DNA of 64,000 nucleotides from Candidatus Cloacimonadales bacterium (GCA_963665815.1 OY762463.1:1664001-1728000), one strand, 5' to 3'; positions 1 to 9,140 are shown, counted from the stretch's first letter. Notes: generated by a model from the sequence alone, not told the origin. Numbers and translations: made by a program.

Positions 1-1143
1 TGTTTTTCCACATCCGGACACTCCCACAATACCTATTTTCTCTCCCTGATTAATCTCAATATTCACATTTTCCAATATAGGCTTGTCTTCTTTGTAAAAA
101 AATTTCAATTCTCTGATTGAAAGCCTTTCAATTACAGATATGTTATAGTTGTAATCTATTACTTCACTCGGGAATGTCATTATTTCTTTAACTCGCTTCA
201 GGGAAACCATTGCCGTTTGCAATCTTACATTTAAATCAATAAGATTCCTTGCAGGATTGAACAAATACCTGATAAAAGAATTGAATGCAATCATAGAACC
301 AATTGTCAAACGGTCGTTAATAATCTCATATCCACCATACCCAATAATTATTAATGGAATCAGACCAATTATCATATTGGAAGAAACCTGGTAGATACTG
401 GTTATCTTTGTAAGTTTTACAGATTCTCTATATGCTGACTTCGATGAAGAGAAAAACTGGTAAATACTGAATCGGCTTCGAAGAAACTGTTTTATCAGAC
501 GAATAAGTGATAAACACTGCTCCAACGTAGAAACGCTTTTTGCCATTACTTCGTATGTAACCTCTGTTTGCGCTTTAATTCTCTTTCCGAAGAACACGGA
601 TAACCATACATATGGAATTATTAGAATTACTGAGAATAATGCAAGCTTGAAATGAATTGTAAAAATCACTGATAATCCTGCAATTAAATACAGAAGATCC
701 TTGAGTACCGCTACAAATGTTTCTGCGAAAAAAGATCTCAGACCTTCAGAATCACTATTTATCCTGGAAAGAAGATATCCTGAACTGTACTTGTTAATTG
801 TACTCAGAGGAGCATTATTAAGCCTTTCTAAAAGTGCAACTTTAATATCCAATATGATTTTATCATTTACCCGTTTCAACATTAAAGAATGAATATAGGC
901 TACCGCATTCTGAAATAATAGTATTGATAAAGTTATACCAACTAATACTATTAGTTCCGTTAAGTTCTTCCCGGGTAATGTAACATCAATAATTCTTCTT
1001 GTTATTAATGGTGTAGGCAAGATCAGTAGAGAAAGGATAATGATCAGACAGCAGACAAGCAGAATACTCTTCATGTATTTTTTATAGAAGTTCAGATATA
1101 AAAATCTGATAAAATTCAAGTTTTCATTCTTTGCTATTTTCAT
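1..1143 (-). CDS. ABC exporter, permease + ATP-binding fusion (partial, runs off the left edge)
   Basis: Not in the ORF track. Both ends translated by hand: from ATG 1143 MKIAKNENLNFIRFLY...LPTPLITRRIIDVTLPGKN (TM domain), and in the same frame the Walker A motif GEKIGIVGVSGCGKT at the window edge. No N-terminal C39 peptidase domain. Confidence 0.9.
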   Translation of the reverse strand, partial: MKIAKNENLNFIRFLYLNFYKKYMKSILLVCCLIIILSLLILPTPLITRRIIDVTLPGKNLTELIVLVGITLSILLFQNAVAYIHSLMLKRVNDKIILDIKVALLERLNNAPLSTINKYSSGYLLSRINSDSEGLRSFFAETFVAVLKDLLYLIAGLSVIFTIHFKLALFSVILIIPYVWLSVFFGKRIKAQTEVTYEVMAKSVSTLEQCLSLIRLIKQFLRSRFSIYQFFSSSKSAYRESVKLTKITSIYQVSSNMIIGLIPLIIIGYGGYEIINDRLTIGSMIAFNSFIRYLFNPARNLIDLNVRLQTAMVSLKRVKEIMTFPSEVIDYNYNISVIERLSIRELKFFYKEDKPILENVNIEINQGEKIGIVGVSGCGKT

Positions 1144-1161
1144 TGTCAGTGTATTCAGAAA

Positions 1162-2556
1162 TTACGAAGTTTCACTCTGGTTGAAGTAATTATCGATGCT
1201 TTCCTTACCTACATGGTCAAGAAGTCTGACATATAGTTGAAGCATACCTTCAATTTCACTTTTCTTTTCTGAGCATATTGAATTACTTGGAGATATATTT
1301 TCTGATCTCACGAAACTCACATAGCATAAATCGCAAAGATGAGCTCCCCAGCACTTGCTGCAGTTCTTCCCTTTGAAATAAAGCCAATCTCTTTCAATTT
1401 CATTTTTTCTGGCAGAAATTATTCCTTTATCAAGATCTCCTATGGGCATTGCGTGATCAATTTTCTCACACATATGAAAATTTCCTTCGGGAGAGACAAA
1501 CAACATTGCATTTCCCGGAGAACAGGCATGATAATTGACATCACTTCCTGAGTTTCTGAAATGTATCCTCTTTATACTTGTAATCAGATCCAGGTCTCCA
1601 CTCAAAAGCTTGCGATTTTTAAATCTATCTATAAATCCTGCTCTTCTAGCTCCGGTAATATCATCAATTCTACTTACTTCATCTTCATCAAAAGATTCAA
1701 TTTTTTCAGCATCATCGCTATCCCAAATCATAGATACATGTGAAAAAATTGGATTATCCTGTTGCAGATCAAAAAGTTCAACGAAAATTCCGGGAGTTGC
1801 CGCAGTAGCTACGAAATTAACATATTCCCTGTAATAATCAGGATACCTGTCTGAAATAGGCTTCAAGTTGTTCATTATTCTATCATAGGTCGGTTCACCA
1901 TTCAAAGCGATTCTGTATTTGTCATGAATTTCTTTTGTCCCATCTACACTTACAAATAATCTGATCTTGTTGGCTAAAAAGAAATCGATATGCTCTTCTG
2001 ACATTGCATAACCATTAGTAGTAATTGAAAATGTTATTTCGGACGGAAGCTCTTTTAAGTTTTTCACAATGTATTTCATAATGTCGAAATTTAATAGTGG
2101 TTCTCCTCCATAAAATCCGATATTCAGGTTCTCTTCCACATTGTAGTTTTCGTCAATCCATCTGATAAACTTGTCTGCTATCGTATAAGACATTTTCTTT
2201 GTTGAACTTGTTCTTGTGTAAGAATAGCTGTCCGAGTAGATACAGTACTTGCATTTTAAATTGCAGGCTTCAGTTAACCCAATAACAATTTTGAAAGGAT
2301 TTTTCTTCCTGTTTTCGTTCTTGATAGGCAAAAATGAGAATCCATTGCTTTCAGCTCTGTTTTTCATGTAATTCCGGAATTTATCGAAAACTTTCTCTAT
2401 TTCTGCATTTTCAGCATACTTATCAATATACTCATCTCTTGACATGCCCAAAAGATCATAAAATGTATTATACATGAATTCATTGATCTTAATAATGTTC
2501 GAGTTTAAAGAATCATAAAAGTAGACACCACTTACAGCTCTAAACTTTTTAAGCAC
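1162..2556 (-). CDS. Radical SAM/SPASM peptide maturase (CcpM-like)
   Basis: CNLKCKYC (CxxxCxxC) and FYGGEPLL; C-terminal SPASM Cys motifs CSPG..FV..G.FHMCEK and CSKCWGAHLCDLC..C; GGAGG RBS before the GTG start. Confidence 0.9.
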   Translation of the reverse strand: MLKKFRAVSGVYFYDSLNSNIIKINEFMYNTFYDLLGMSRDEYIDKYAENAEIEKVFDKFRNYMKNRAESNGFSFLPIKNENRKKNPFKIVIGLTEACNLKCKYCIYSDSYSYTRTSSTKKMSYTIADKFIRWIDENYNVEENLNIGFYGGEPLLNFDIMKYIVKNLKELPSEITFSITTNGYAMSEEHIDFFLANKIRLFVSVDGTKEIHDKYRIALNGEPTYDRIMNNLKPISDRYPDYYREYVNFVATAATPGIFVELFDLQQDNPIFSHVSMIWDSDDAEKIESFDEDEVSRIDDITGARRAGFIDRFKNRKLLSGDLDLITSIKRIHFRNSGSDVNYHACSPGNAMLFVSPEGNFHMCEKIDHAMPIGDLDKGIISARKNEIERDWLYFKGKNCSKCWGAHLCDLCYVSFVRSENISPSNSICSEKKSEIEGMLQLYVRLLDHVGKESIDNYFNQSETS

Positions 2557-2573
2557 TTCATCCTCCAGTATAT

Positions 2574-3596
2574 TTATGATCCCTTCACTTCGGATTTCGT
2601 TAACTTAAATATTATTCCATTATAGTTAGATACCAGAAATACTTTTCCATTTGAGGACAGTATTTCTCCTGACAAAGTCATCATATCTCCGGGTAGCTCA
2701 CATGAAGATTTCAATTCTCCTGTGATTGAGTATTCGCAAACAAACTCTCTTATATCATAAAAATGCTTAATATCTTCTATCTTTGTCAGTGATGAATTTT
2801 TCTTCTGGGCTGGATCTACACCATATGCTCTTTCAACAACGTAAAATCTGTCGTTCATCAGCACTGCATTACTTGTTTTTGAGTATTCCGGAACAGCATC
2901 CCTGTTTACTGATGATGAGAACTGAATTTTCTCATTATTCAAATCTTTGATACACCCAACTCTATTTATTGGTACTCCTATTAGTGAATTCTCATATTTT
3001 ATAATATCTATATGTTTATTTTCTTCCTTTAAATCATTATCCGAGCAGAATTGATCCAACTTCCTCACAGTTTTAAACTCTCCATTATTATATACCGTTA
3101 ACTTATAATCAGGTGCAAAATGAGCAGTTGTAACATATATGCTGTCTTCATAATTGTATACTTTACCAATCGGGTGGAATTTCTCAGCTTTAAGAAAATC
3201 ACCTTGCTTAGAAATCCATTGTATTCTGGAATTAGCAAAATCACCTACAACTATATCACCATTTTTATCAAATGTGAATGAGTTAGGATAAAGAAATTCT
3301 CCGGGACCTCTGCCCTTACTTCCAAATTTTCTCAGAAATTTCAAACTGTTAATCTCGTAAACATAAAAAACTGCATTATCAATATCCAATACGTACAGTT
3401 CTTCACCATCAATATTGTGAATATTGTTAGCTCCAAAAGTAAAGTTTTCATCATCCTGCCATCCCAATGAATCAGCTACTACTAATACAGATTTTGAACC
3501 ACTTTCACCACTCTTGTCCTGCCTGACACAAGAAACAGAGTTCAAAATTATAAGTGTTAATACTGTGAACGTTAAACTTGCTATTCCTTTCCTCAT
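2574..3596 (-). CDS. 6-bladed beta-propeller (NHL-like) lipoprotein
   Basis: Hydrophobic signal ending SVSC (Cys23); FGSKGRGPGEFLYP and GDIVVGDFANSRIQW propeller motifs; AGGAGA RBS. Confidence 0.75.
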   Translation of the reverse strand: MRKGIASLTFTVLTLIILNSVSCVRQDKSGESGSKSVLVVADSLGWQDDENFTFGANNIHNIDGEELYVLDIDNAVFYVYEINSLKFLRKFGSKGRGPGEFLYPNSFTFDKNGDIVVGDFANSRIQWISKQGDFLKAEKFHPIGKVYNYEDSIYVTTAHFAPDYKLTVYNNGEFKTVRKLDQFCSDNDLKEENKHIDIIKYENSLIGVPINRVGCIKDLNNEKIQFSSSVNRDAVPEYSKTSNAVLMNDRFYVVERAYGVDPAQKKNSSLTKIEDIKHFYDIREFVCEYSITGELKSSCELPGDMMTLSGEILSSNGKVFLVSNYNGIIFKLTKSEVKGS

Positions 3597-3669
3597 ATAT
3601 TCTCCTAAAATTAAGCTATCCGATGTTTTCCCTACTTATAAAATACAGCCCTTCAACTTAATTATCTTA

Positions 3670-3888
3670 CTATGATATACCTGAACTTGTATTGTTGCTG
3701 GATGAATTTACCAGTTTTCTGGCAGCATTCTGTTTAGCGCATCTTCTAGTTGATGCATCTCCAGCAGGATATGGTAAATTCTCACAAGTTTGACATTCCT
3801 GTGTGCTTCCACTGCCTGTGTCTTTATCAAGTGTAGAAGCTGTACTCACTATTTCCATTGAACATAAGTCAATTACATTATTATCCAT
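3670..3888 (-). CDS. Putative RiPP precursor peptide (72 aa)
   Basis: Strong GAGGAG RBS; first gene upstream of the rSAM/SPASM and ABC exporter genes; Cys9, C32xxC35, Cys50; Ser/Thr/Asn-rich. Confidence 0.7.
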   Translation of the reverse strand: MDNNVIDLCSMEIVSTASTLDKDTGSGSTQECQTCENLPYPAGDASTRRCAKQNAARKLVNSSSNNTSSGIS

Positions 3889-4405
3889 AATTTCTCCTCA
3901 TAATTTTATTACATCAGATAGCTTTTATTGTTTATTGTTTTGTTTAGTATTTTCTATCTTGCTAAGTAAAAAATATGTCGAAGGGGAAAACAAATGAGAT
4001 CCCTCTTACCTCTACATATATAAATCTTTTCTAAAGAACTTTTTGATATGTGTCAAGTTTTTTGTTTATACAAACTCATTTATGAATATTAAATTCATTC
4101 TAAAGAGATTAATGATTATCATATCAATTCCTGCTCACCATTATTTCCACCTTCCCTCACAAAAAGCGGAAGTTGGTGAATGTTCTCCAAACCTTCACCG
4201 AGTCATAATAGCACAATCTTTCAGTTGTAAGTAGCCGATCTTATTCTTTTTTACTGTATAATAAATTTTCCCGTGAAGAAATCCTGAAGCCTTGGAAGGA
4301 TTTCAGGTGAGATTTATGGTTCCAGCTTGCTGGAAATACATTTAAAAAAGATGTCATTTCTTTTGCTTCGTTTTCTTTAGTCATATAAAGAAAATGAAGG
4401 ACTGT

Positions 4406-4637
4406 ATCAATACTCTATCTCTTTTTGTTCTCTTCCCTCACAAAAAGCAGGAGTTGGTGAATGTTTTCCAAACCTTCACCGAGTCATTAAGTCAAAGAAA
4501 TTACAGAAAATCAATACTCTATCTCTTTTTGTTCTCTTTCCTCACAAAAAGCAGAAGTTGGTGAATGTTTTCCAAACCTTCACCGAGTCATTAAGTCAAA
4601 GAAATCACAGAAAATCAATACTCTATCTCTTTTTGTT
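4406..4637. repeat. Tandem repeat with a 104-bp unit (about 2.2 copies) containing a hairpin; a partial copy lies at 4151-4206
   Basis: TCAATACTCTATCTCTTTTTGTT starts at 4407, 4511 and 4615; internal inverted repeat GGTGAA.GTTT..AAAC.TTCACC. Confidence 0.9.
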
Positions 4638-4700
4638 GACAGAAATTATCCCTTACAAGTTGATGTTCCTGAAAAAACATTAAAAAAGCAGGAGATTTCT

Positions 4701-6044
4701 ATGCCGTATATTTCTAATACTGAACAAGATAGAAAAGAAATGCTTCAGAAAATCGGTGTTTCCGAATTTAAGGAACTTATAGCCGATGTTCCGGAAAAAC
4801 TCCAGTTAAATAAACTGCTTGATCTGGAAGAAGCATATTCAGAAATCGAAATCACACGTAAAATGACCTGTCTTGCTAACAAGAACAAAACTACCGTTAC
4901 AACAAACTCATTCCTCGGTGCAGGAGTTTACGATCACTTTGTACCGGCTGTTGTGGATCACGTTATATCCAGACCGGAATTCCTCACAGCTTACACACCT
5001 TATCAGGCAGAAGTAAGCCAGGGAACACTCCAGTACATCTATGAGTATCAGACATTAATCTGCAACCTTACCGGAATGGAAGTAGCTAACGCCGGTATGT
5101 ATGACGGTGCTTCCGCTGCAGCCGAAGCTATTCTTATGGCAGTCAGAAAAACCAGAAAGAATAAAGCGGTTATCGCAGGAACAATCAATCCGGATTACGT
5201 TAAAGTAATTAAAGCCTATACAGAAGGTATTGGTGTTGAAATTGTTGTTGTTAACAATAAAAACGGACTTGTTGATGCTGAAGATCTGAAAGCTAAAATG
5301 GATAATGATACAGCCTGTTTCCTTCTGCAGACACCTAACTTCTGCGGTAGTCTGGAAAATCCGTTTGAAATAGAAGAAATCGTTCACAGCTTCAAAAAAG
5401 CTCTTTATATTGTCGCAGTAGATCCTATCTCTCTTGCAGTTCTTAACGCACCATCAGAATACAAAGCTGACATCGTTATCGGTGAAGGTCAGGTTCTGGG
5501 TAATAAACCTAATTTCGGTGGACCATTATGCGGATTCTTTGCAACTCATACTTCACTTGCCCGTATGATGCCGGGACGTATTGTTGGCGCAACCAAAGAC
5601 GTTGAAGGTAAAAAAGGCTATGTCCTTACACTTCAGGCTCGTGAACAGCATATAAGAAGAACCAAAGCAACCTCAAACATCTGTTCCAACCAGTCTCTCG
5701 CAGCTCTGGCAGCAACAGTCTACATGGTAACAATGGGACCGGAAGGGCTCAAAGAAGTTGCAGTTCAGTCTACCACTAAAGCACATTACCTTGCAGAAAA
5801 ACTCACAGCTATAGATGGCGTAAGTCTGGCAACAGATAACCCATTCTTTAAAGAGTTTGCCGTTAAGTTCGACAAGCCTGTAAAAGATGTTCAGAAAGCT
5901 CTGCTCGAAAAAGGTATTATTGCCGGTACAGATCTTTCAAAATGCGGATTTGAGAACACCCTTCTCATTGCTGTAACAGAAATGAAGACAAAGAAACAAC
6001 TCGATGAATTAGTTGAAGCTGTTAAGGAGGTATTCAATGCCTGA
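4701..6044 (+). CDS. gcvPA: Glycine dehydrogenase (decarboxylating) subunit 1
   Basis: FLGAGVYDH, YTPYQAEVSQGTLQ, LQAREQHIRR.KATSNICSNQ. Confidence 0.97.
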   Translation: MPYISNTEQDRKEMLQKIGVSEFKELIADVPEKLQLNKLLDLEEAYSEIEITRKMTCLANKNKTTVTTNSFLGAGVYDHFVPAVVDHVISRPEFLTAYTPYQAEVSQGTLQYIYEYQTLICNLTGMEVANAGMYDGASAAAEAILMAVRKTRKNKAVIAGTINPDYVKVIKAYTEGIGVEIVVVNNKNGLVDAEDLKAKMDNDTACFLLQTPNFCGSLENPFEIEEIVHSFKKALYIVAVDPISLAVLNAPSEYKADIVIGEGQVLGNKPNFGGPLCGFFATHTSLARMMPGRIVGATKDVEGKKGYVLTLQAREQHIRRTKATSNICSNQSLAALAATVYMVTMGPEGLKEVAVQSTTKAHYLAEKLTAIDGVSLATDNPFFKEFAVKFDKPVKDVQKALLEKGIIAGTDLSKCGFENTLLIAVTEMKTKKQLDELVEAVKEVFNA

Positions 6045-7488
6045 AACAATCTTTGAAAAACATGCTCCGGGAAGAAAAGGCTACACATTACCTGTTAATG
6101 ATGTAGATTTAAATATAGAAAACTGCATTCCTGCAGAATTCAGAAGAAAAGAAGCTGTAAAGTTTCCTGAATGCAGCGAATTAGATATAATGAGACACTT
6201 TGTTGAGCTGTCTCATCTGAATCATTGTATTGAGAAAGGATTTTATCCGCTTGGATCATGTACAATGAAATACAATCCAAAAATCAATGAAAATCTGGCG
6301 AGAATATCAGGATTGTGCGATATTCACCCTAACCAGCCGGAAGAAACCGTTCAGGGTGCACTCCAGTTATTGCATGAACTTCAGCAGGATCTCGCTGAAA
6401 CATCCGGTTTTGCTAATGTAACTCTCCAGCCTGTTGCAGGTGCACACGGAGAATTCACCGGACTGAAAATCATGCATGCATACCATCTGGCAAAAGGTAA
6501 TCACCATAAAAACGTTATTATCATGCCTGACTCAGCACATGGAACAAATCCTGCCAGCTGTACACTTAACGGATTCGAAGTGATCGAGCTTAAATCCAAC
6601 GATAAAGGTATGGTTGACCTTGAAGAACTGAAATCTCACATGTCAGACAACGTTGCAGGATTCATGCTTACTAATCCTAACACGCTGGGTATCTTTGAAT
6701 CACAGGTTGAACAGATTGCAGAGATTATTCACAGTGTTGACGGACTTATGTATATGGATGGAGCTAACTTCAATGCTCTGCTTGGAATCGTTAAGCCGGG
6801 TGAAATCGGATTTGACGTAATGCACTTCAATCTGCACAAAACATTTGCAACCCCTCACGGTGGCGGTGGTCCTGGGTCAGGTCCTGTCGGTGTAAGAGAA
6901 GACCTGCTTAAATTCCTTCCTGTTCCAATGGTAGGAAAAAGAGAAGACGGTACTTTCTTCCTGGATTATTCAAATGAAGAAACTTCTATCGGTAAAGTAC
7001 ACTCTTTCTTCGGAAACTTCTCACAAAACCTGAGAGCTTATGCATATATTAAAATGCAGGGAGCTAAAGGCCTGAGAAAAGTAGCAGAAAACGCTATTAT
7101 CAATGCTAACTATATCAGAAAATCTCTGGAAGATTATTATGATATTCCACATAACGAATCATGTATGCATGAATTTGTTGCCAGCGGTGAAAGACAGAAA
7201 AAGCTCTATGGAGTAAAAACTCTGGATATCGCTAAACGCCTTCTTGATAAAGGTTATCACGCTCCAACAATCTACTTCCCGCTTATTGTGCACGAAGCTA
7301 TGATGATTGAACCTACCGAAACCGAAAGCAAGAAAACACTGGATGAGTTTATTCAAGTGATGATCGATATTGCAGAAGAAGCTAAGAACGAACCTGAGAA
7401 CCTGAAGAACGCTCCGCTAACAACACCAGTAAGACGTCTTGACGAAACCGGTGCTGTTAAAAACCTGAATGTAAGATTCGAGATGTAA
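6037..7488 (+). CDS. gcvPB: Glycine dehydrogenase (decarboxylating) subunit 2
   Basis: YPLGSCTMKYNP, HFNLHKTFATPHGGGGPG; start moved to ATG 6037 after the AGGAGG RBS. Confidence 0.97.
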   Translation: MPETIFEKHAPGRKGYTLPVNDVDLNIENCIPAEFRRKEAVKFPECSELDIMRHFVELSHLNHCIEKGFYPLGSCTMKYNPKINENLARISGLCDIHPNQPEETVQGALQLLHELQQDLAETSGFANVTLQPVAGAHGEFTGLKIMHAYHLAKGNHHKNVIIMPDSAHGTNPASCTLNGFEVIELKSNDKGMVDLEELKSHMSDNVAGFMLTNPNTLGIFESQVEQIAEIIHSVDGLMYMDGANFNALLGIVKPGEIGFDVMHFNLHKTFATPHGGGGPGSGPVGVREDLLKFLPVPMVGKREDGTFFLDYSNEETSIGKVHSFFGNFSQNLRAYAYIKMQGAKGLRKVAENAIINANYIRKSLEDYYDIPHNESCMHEFVASGERQKKLYGVKTLDIAKRLLDKGYHAPTIYFPLIVHEAMMIEPTETESKKTLDEFIQVMIDIAEEAKNEPENLKNAPLTTPVRRLDETGAVKNLNVRFEM

Positions 7489-7510
7489 TCAATTACATAA
7501 ATAATATTTG

Positions 7511-7543
7511 AGAGACACGGCTCCGGCTGTGTCTCTTTTTTTA
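7511..7543 (+). terminator. Rho-independent terminator after gcvPB
   Basis: AGAGACACGGC-TCCG-GCTGTGTCTCT followed by a T-run. Confidence 0.85.
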
Positions 7544-7620
7544 TCAGGTGTAGTTATAACAAAGCGGGATGGGGTGTGTAGAATAGCTGTAGGGAACAAT
7601 AATCATTGTTCCGTATTATG

Positions 7621-7746
7621 AACCCTCTGTCTCGTATACTCGACATCTCCCTGCTGATGTTTTAGCAAACATCAAGGCAGAACTTTGTCTGCATCAGTCT
7701 GTGCAGTTCTGTAATACGCGTAGAGACATCCGGACAGTTGACTCAG
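7621..7746 (+). repeat. REP/BIME-like dispersed element, copy 1
   Basis: Aligns with the reverse complement of 29747-29877 (CTCTGTCTC..TCGACATCTCCCTG; GTAGAG.CA.CCGGA...TTGACTCAG). Confidence 0.7.
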
Positions 7747-7904
7747 ATATTGCATAATTATAAAAATACAGCGAAAGAAAGTCAATACCGTTTTGCAAGT
7801 GGAATATGTAACAGTCACGAATAATTTTCTTGACCTATATCTTATACCAGAATCAACTTCTGATCAGGATTTCCCAGTGAATTTGATTAATAAGGAAAAT
7901 TAAG

Positions 7905-8314
7905 ATGAAAAATATATTCTTTATCATTCTTTTATCATTCTTTTACCATTGTTATTAGCAAGCTGCAGATTCCCTGTCGATTACATTCAATTAGGTAATG
8001 GTTACGTAATTGATCAAGAGAATAAATACCACTTATCTCTATTAAAATCTGTTTATAAGAACCATAGTTACCAGACAATAATACCTGGAGCATTAATTGA
8101 TTATAATTTTGATGATAACCACATTGTTTTACTGAGATTGGTTGTAGGAAGGGAAGGTCTTGATAGCGATATTTTACCTGATACTCCAAAACCTTATCAA
8201 TTATGGATTAATGATAAAAATTCACATAAAGTTTATGGACCGTTTAATCTTAATGATTATTTCAAAACAAGGCATGTTCTAAACATATCTGATAAAATCA
8301 AAGTCAGTATTTGA
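7905..8314 (+). pseudogene. DUF3997-like lipoprotein with its signal peptide frameshifted by an 11-bp duplication
   Basis: ATG 7905 with an AAGGA RBS hits TAG after 17 codons. Removing one TTTATCATTCT copy (7920-7930 / 7931-7941) gives MKNIFFIILLPLLLASC, in frame with ORF 7949-8314. Confidence 0.7.
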
Positions 8315-8330
8315 ACAGCATCATACTTCT

Positions 8331-9140
8331 TTAATCAATATTTCTTCTATGAAGCATCTCAAAATAAAGATTTTCCAGTTTTTCGACAGGAGGTAAATTG
8401 AGATTCCTGTATTTTTGAAGTATCAATATTGCTGAATCAATATCGTTAAGATAATTACAATAAGTATTTGCAATATTGATGTAACAGGAAGTATTTGATT
8501 CGTCCAAATCAATAAGCTTATTACAACATTGAATTGCTTTCTCAAAATCATTGAGATAAATGTACTTATCCCACATATAACTTAAAATCAGTTCGTTATC
8601 TGAATTTGCAATATCAATCTCATTTAAAATTGTTTCTGAAAATTTATTATATGTATGCCAGAACCTTAATACTAAATCATTAGAGATATTCAATTCTTTT
8701 CTTTTATGGATATAATCAAAAACATTCATCGAATCATAAACAATATCATTGTCTTTATCTATAATACAGAACTGTGATAAAGTATCAACTCTCACAGTAT
8801 GCCAATAAGCTAATGGATTGGTAACACCAACAGGTTTCCTCTGAAATGCCACTATGAAGTCGTCATTGAAAACATAGTCCTCAACAAAACTATCAACGAC
8901 AATATCTGCTGAGCCTTTGAATCTTTCTCTATATATACCTTTTCGGGGATCAGGACTAAGCATGAAGTAGTTACTGCCTAGCGAAATGTAATTATCGGGA
9001 AACCATTTAAATTCAGATTCAAACATCCTGATTAGCTTCTCAGTGTATGATAAATCTGATTTAAGAAACAAAGTAGGAACTATGGTCAATACAACACACA
9101 CAATTATTAGTAAAGTAACAATACTGATATTTCGTTTCAT
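8331..9140 (-). CDS. Membrane-anchored DUF3997-like protein with C-terminal TPR
   Basis: N-terminal TM helix; DYVFNDDFIVAFQ and IIDKDNDIVYDSMN..Y..R..LNIS similar to the neighbouring ORF; TPR-like FEKAIQCCNKLIDLDESN. Confidence 0.6.
   Translation of the reverse strand: MKRNISIVTLLIIVCVVLTIVPTLFLKSDLSYTEKLIRMFESEFKWFPDNYISLGSNYFMLSPDPRKGIYRERFKGSADIVVDSFVEDYVFNDDFIVAFQRKPVGVTNPLAYWHTVRVDTLSQFCIIDKDNDIVYDSMNVFDYIHKRKELNISNDLVLRFWHTYNKFSETILNEIDIANSDNELILSYMWDKYIYLNDFEKAIQCCNKLIDLDESNTSCYINIANTYCNYLNDIDSAILILQKYRNLNLPPVEKLENLYFEMLHRRNID

Noticed and set aside
3803-4234. Small plus-strand ORFs 3803-3997 and 4043-4234 as extra precursor peptides
   Set aside because: Wrong strand for the cluster, no RBS, and they overlap the precursor gene or the repeat.
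4406-4637. CRISPR array
   Set aside because: The sequence between repeats is itself near-identical, so there are no unique spacers, and no cas genes are present.
4150-4700. Glycine riboswitch upstream of gcvPA
   Set aside because: The tandem structure is suggestive, but I could not find the conserved GGAGA / CCGAAG / CTCAGG aptamer motifs in order. An Rfam RF00504 scan would settle it.
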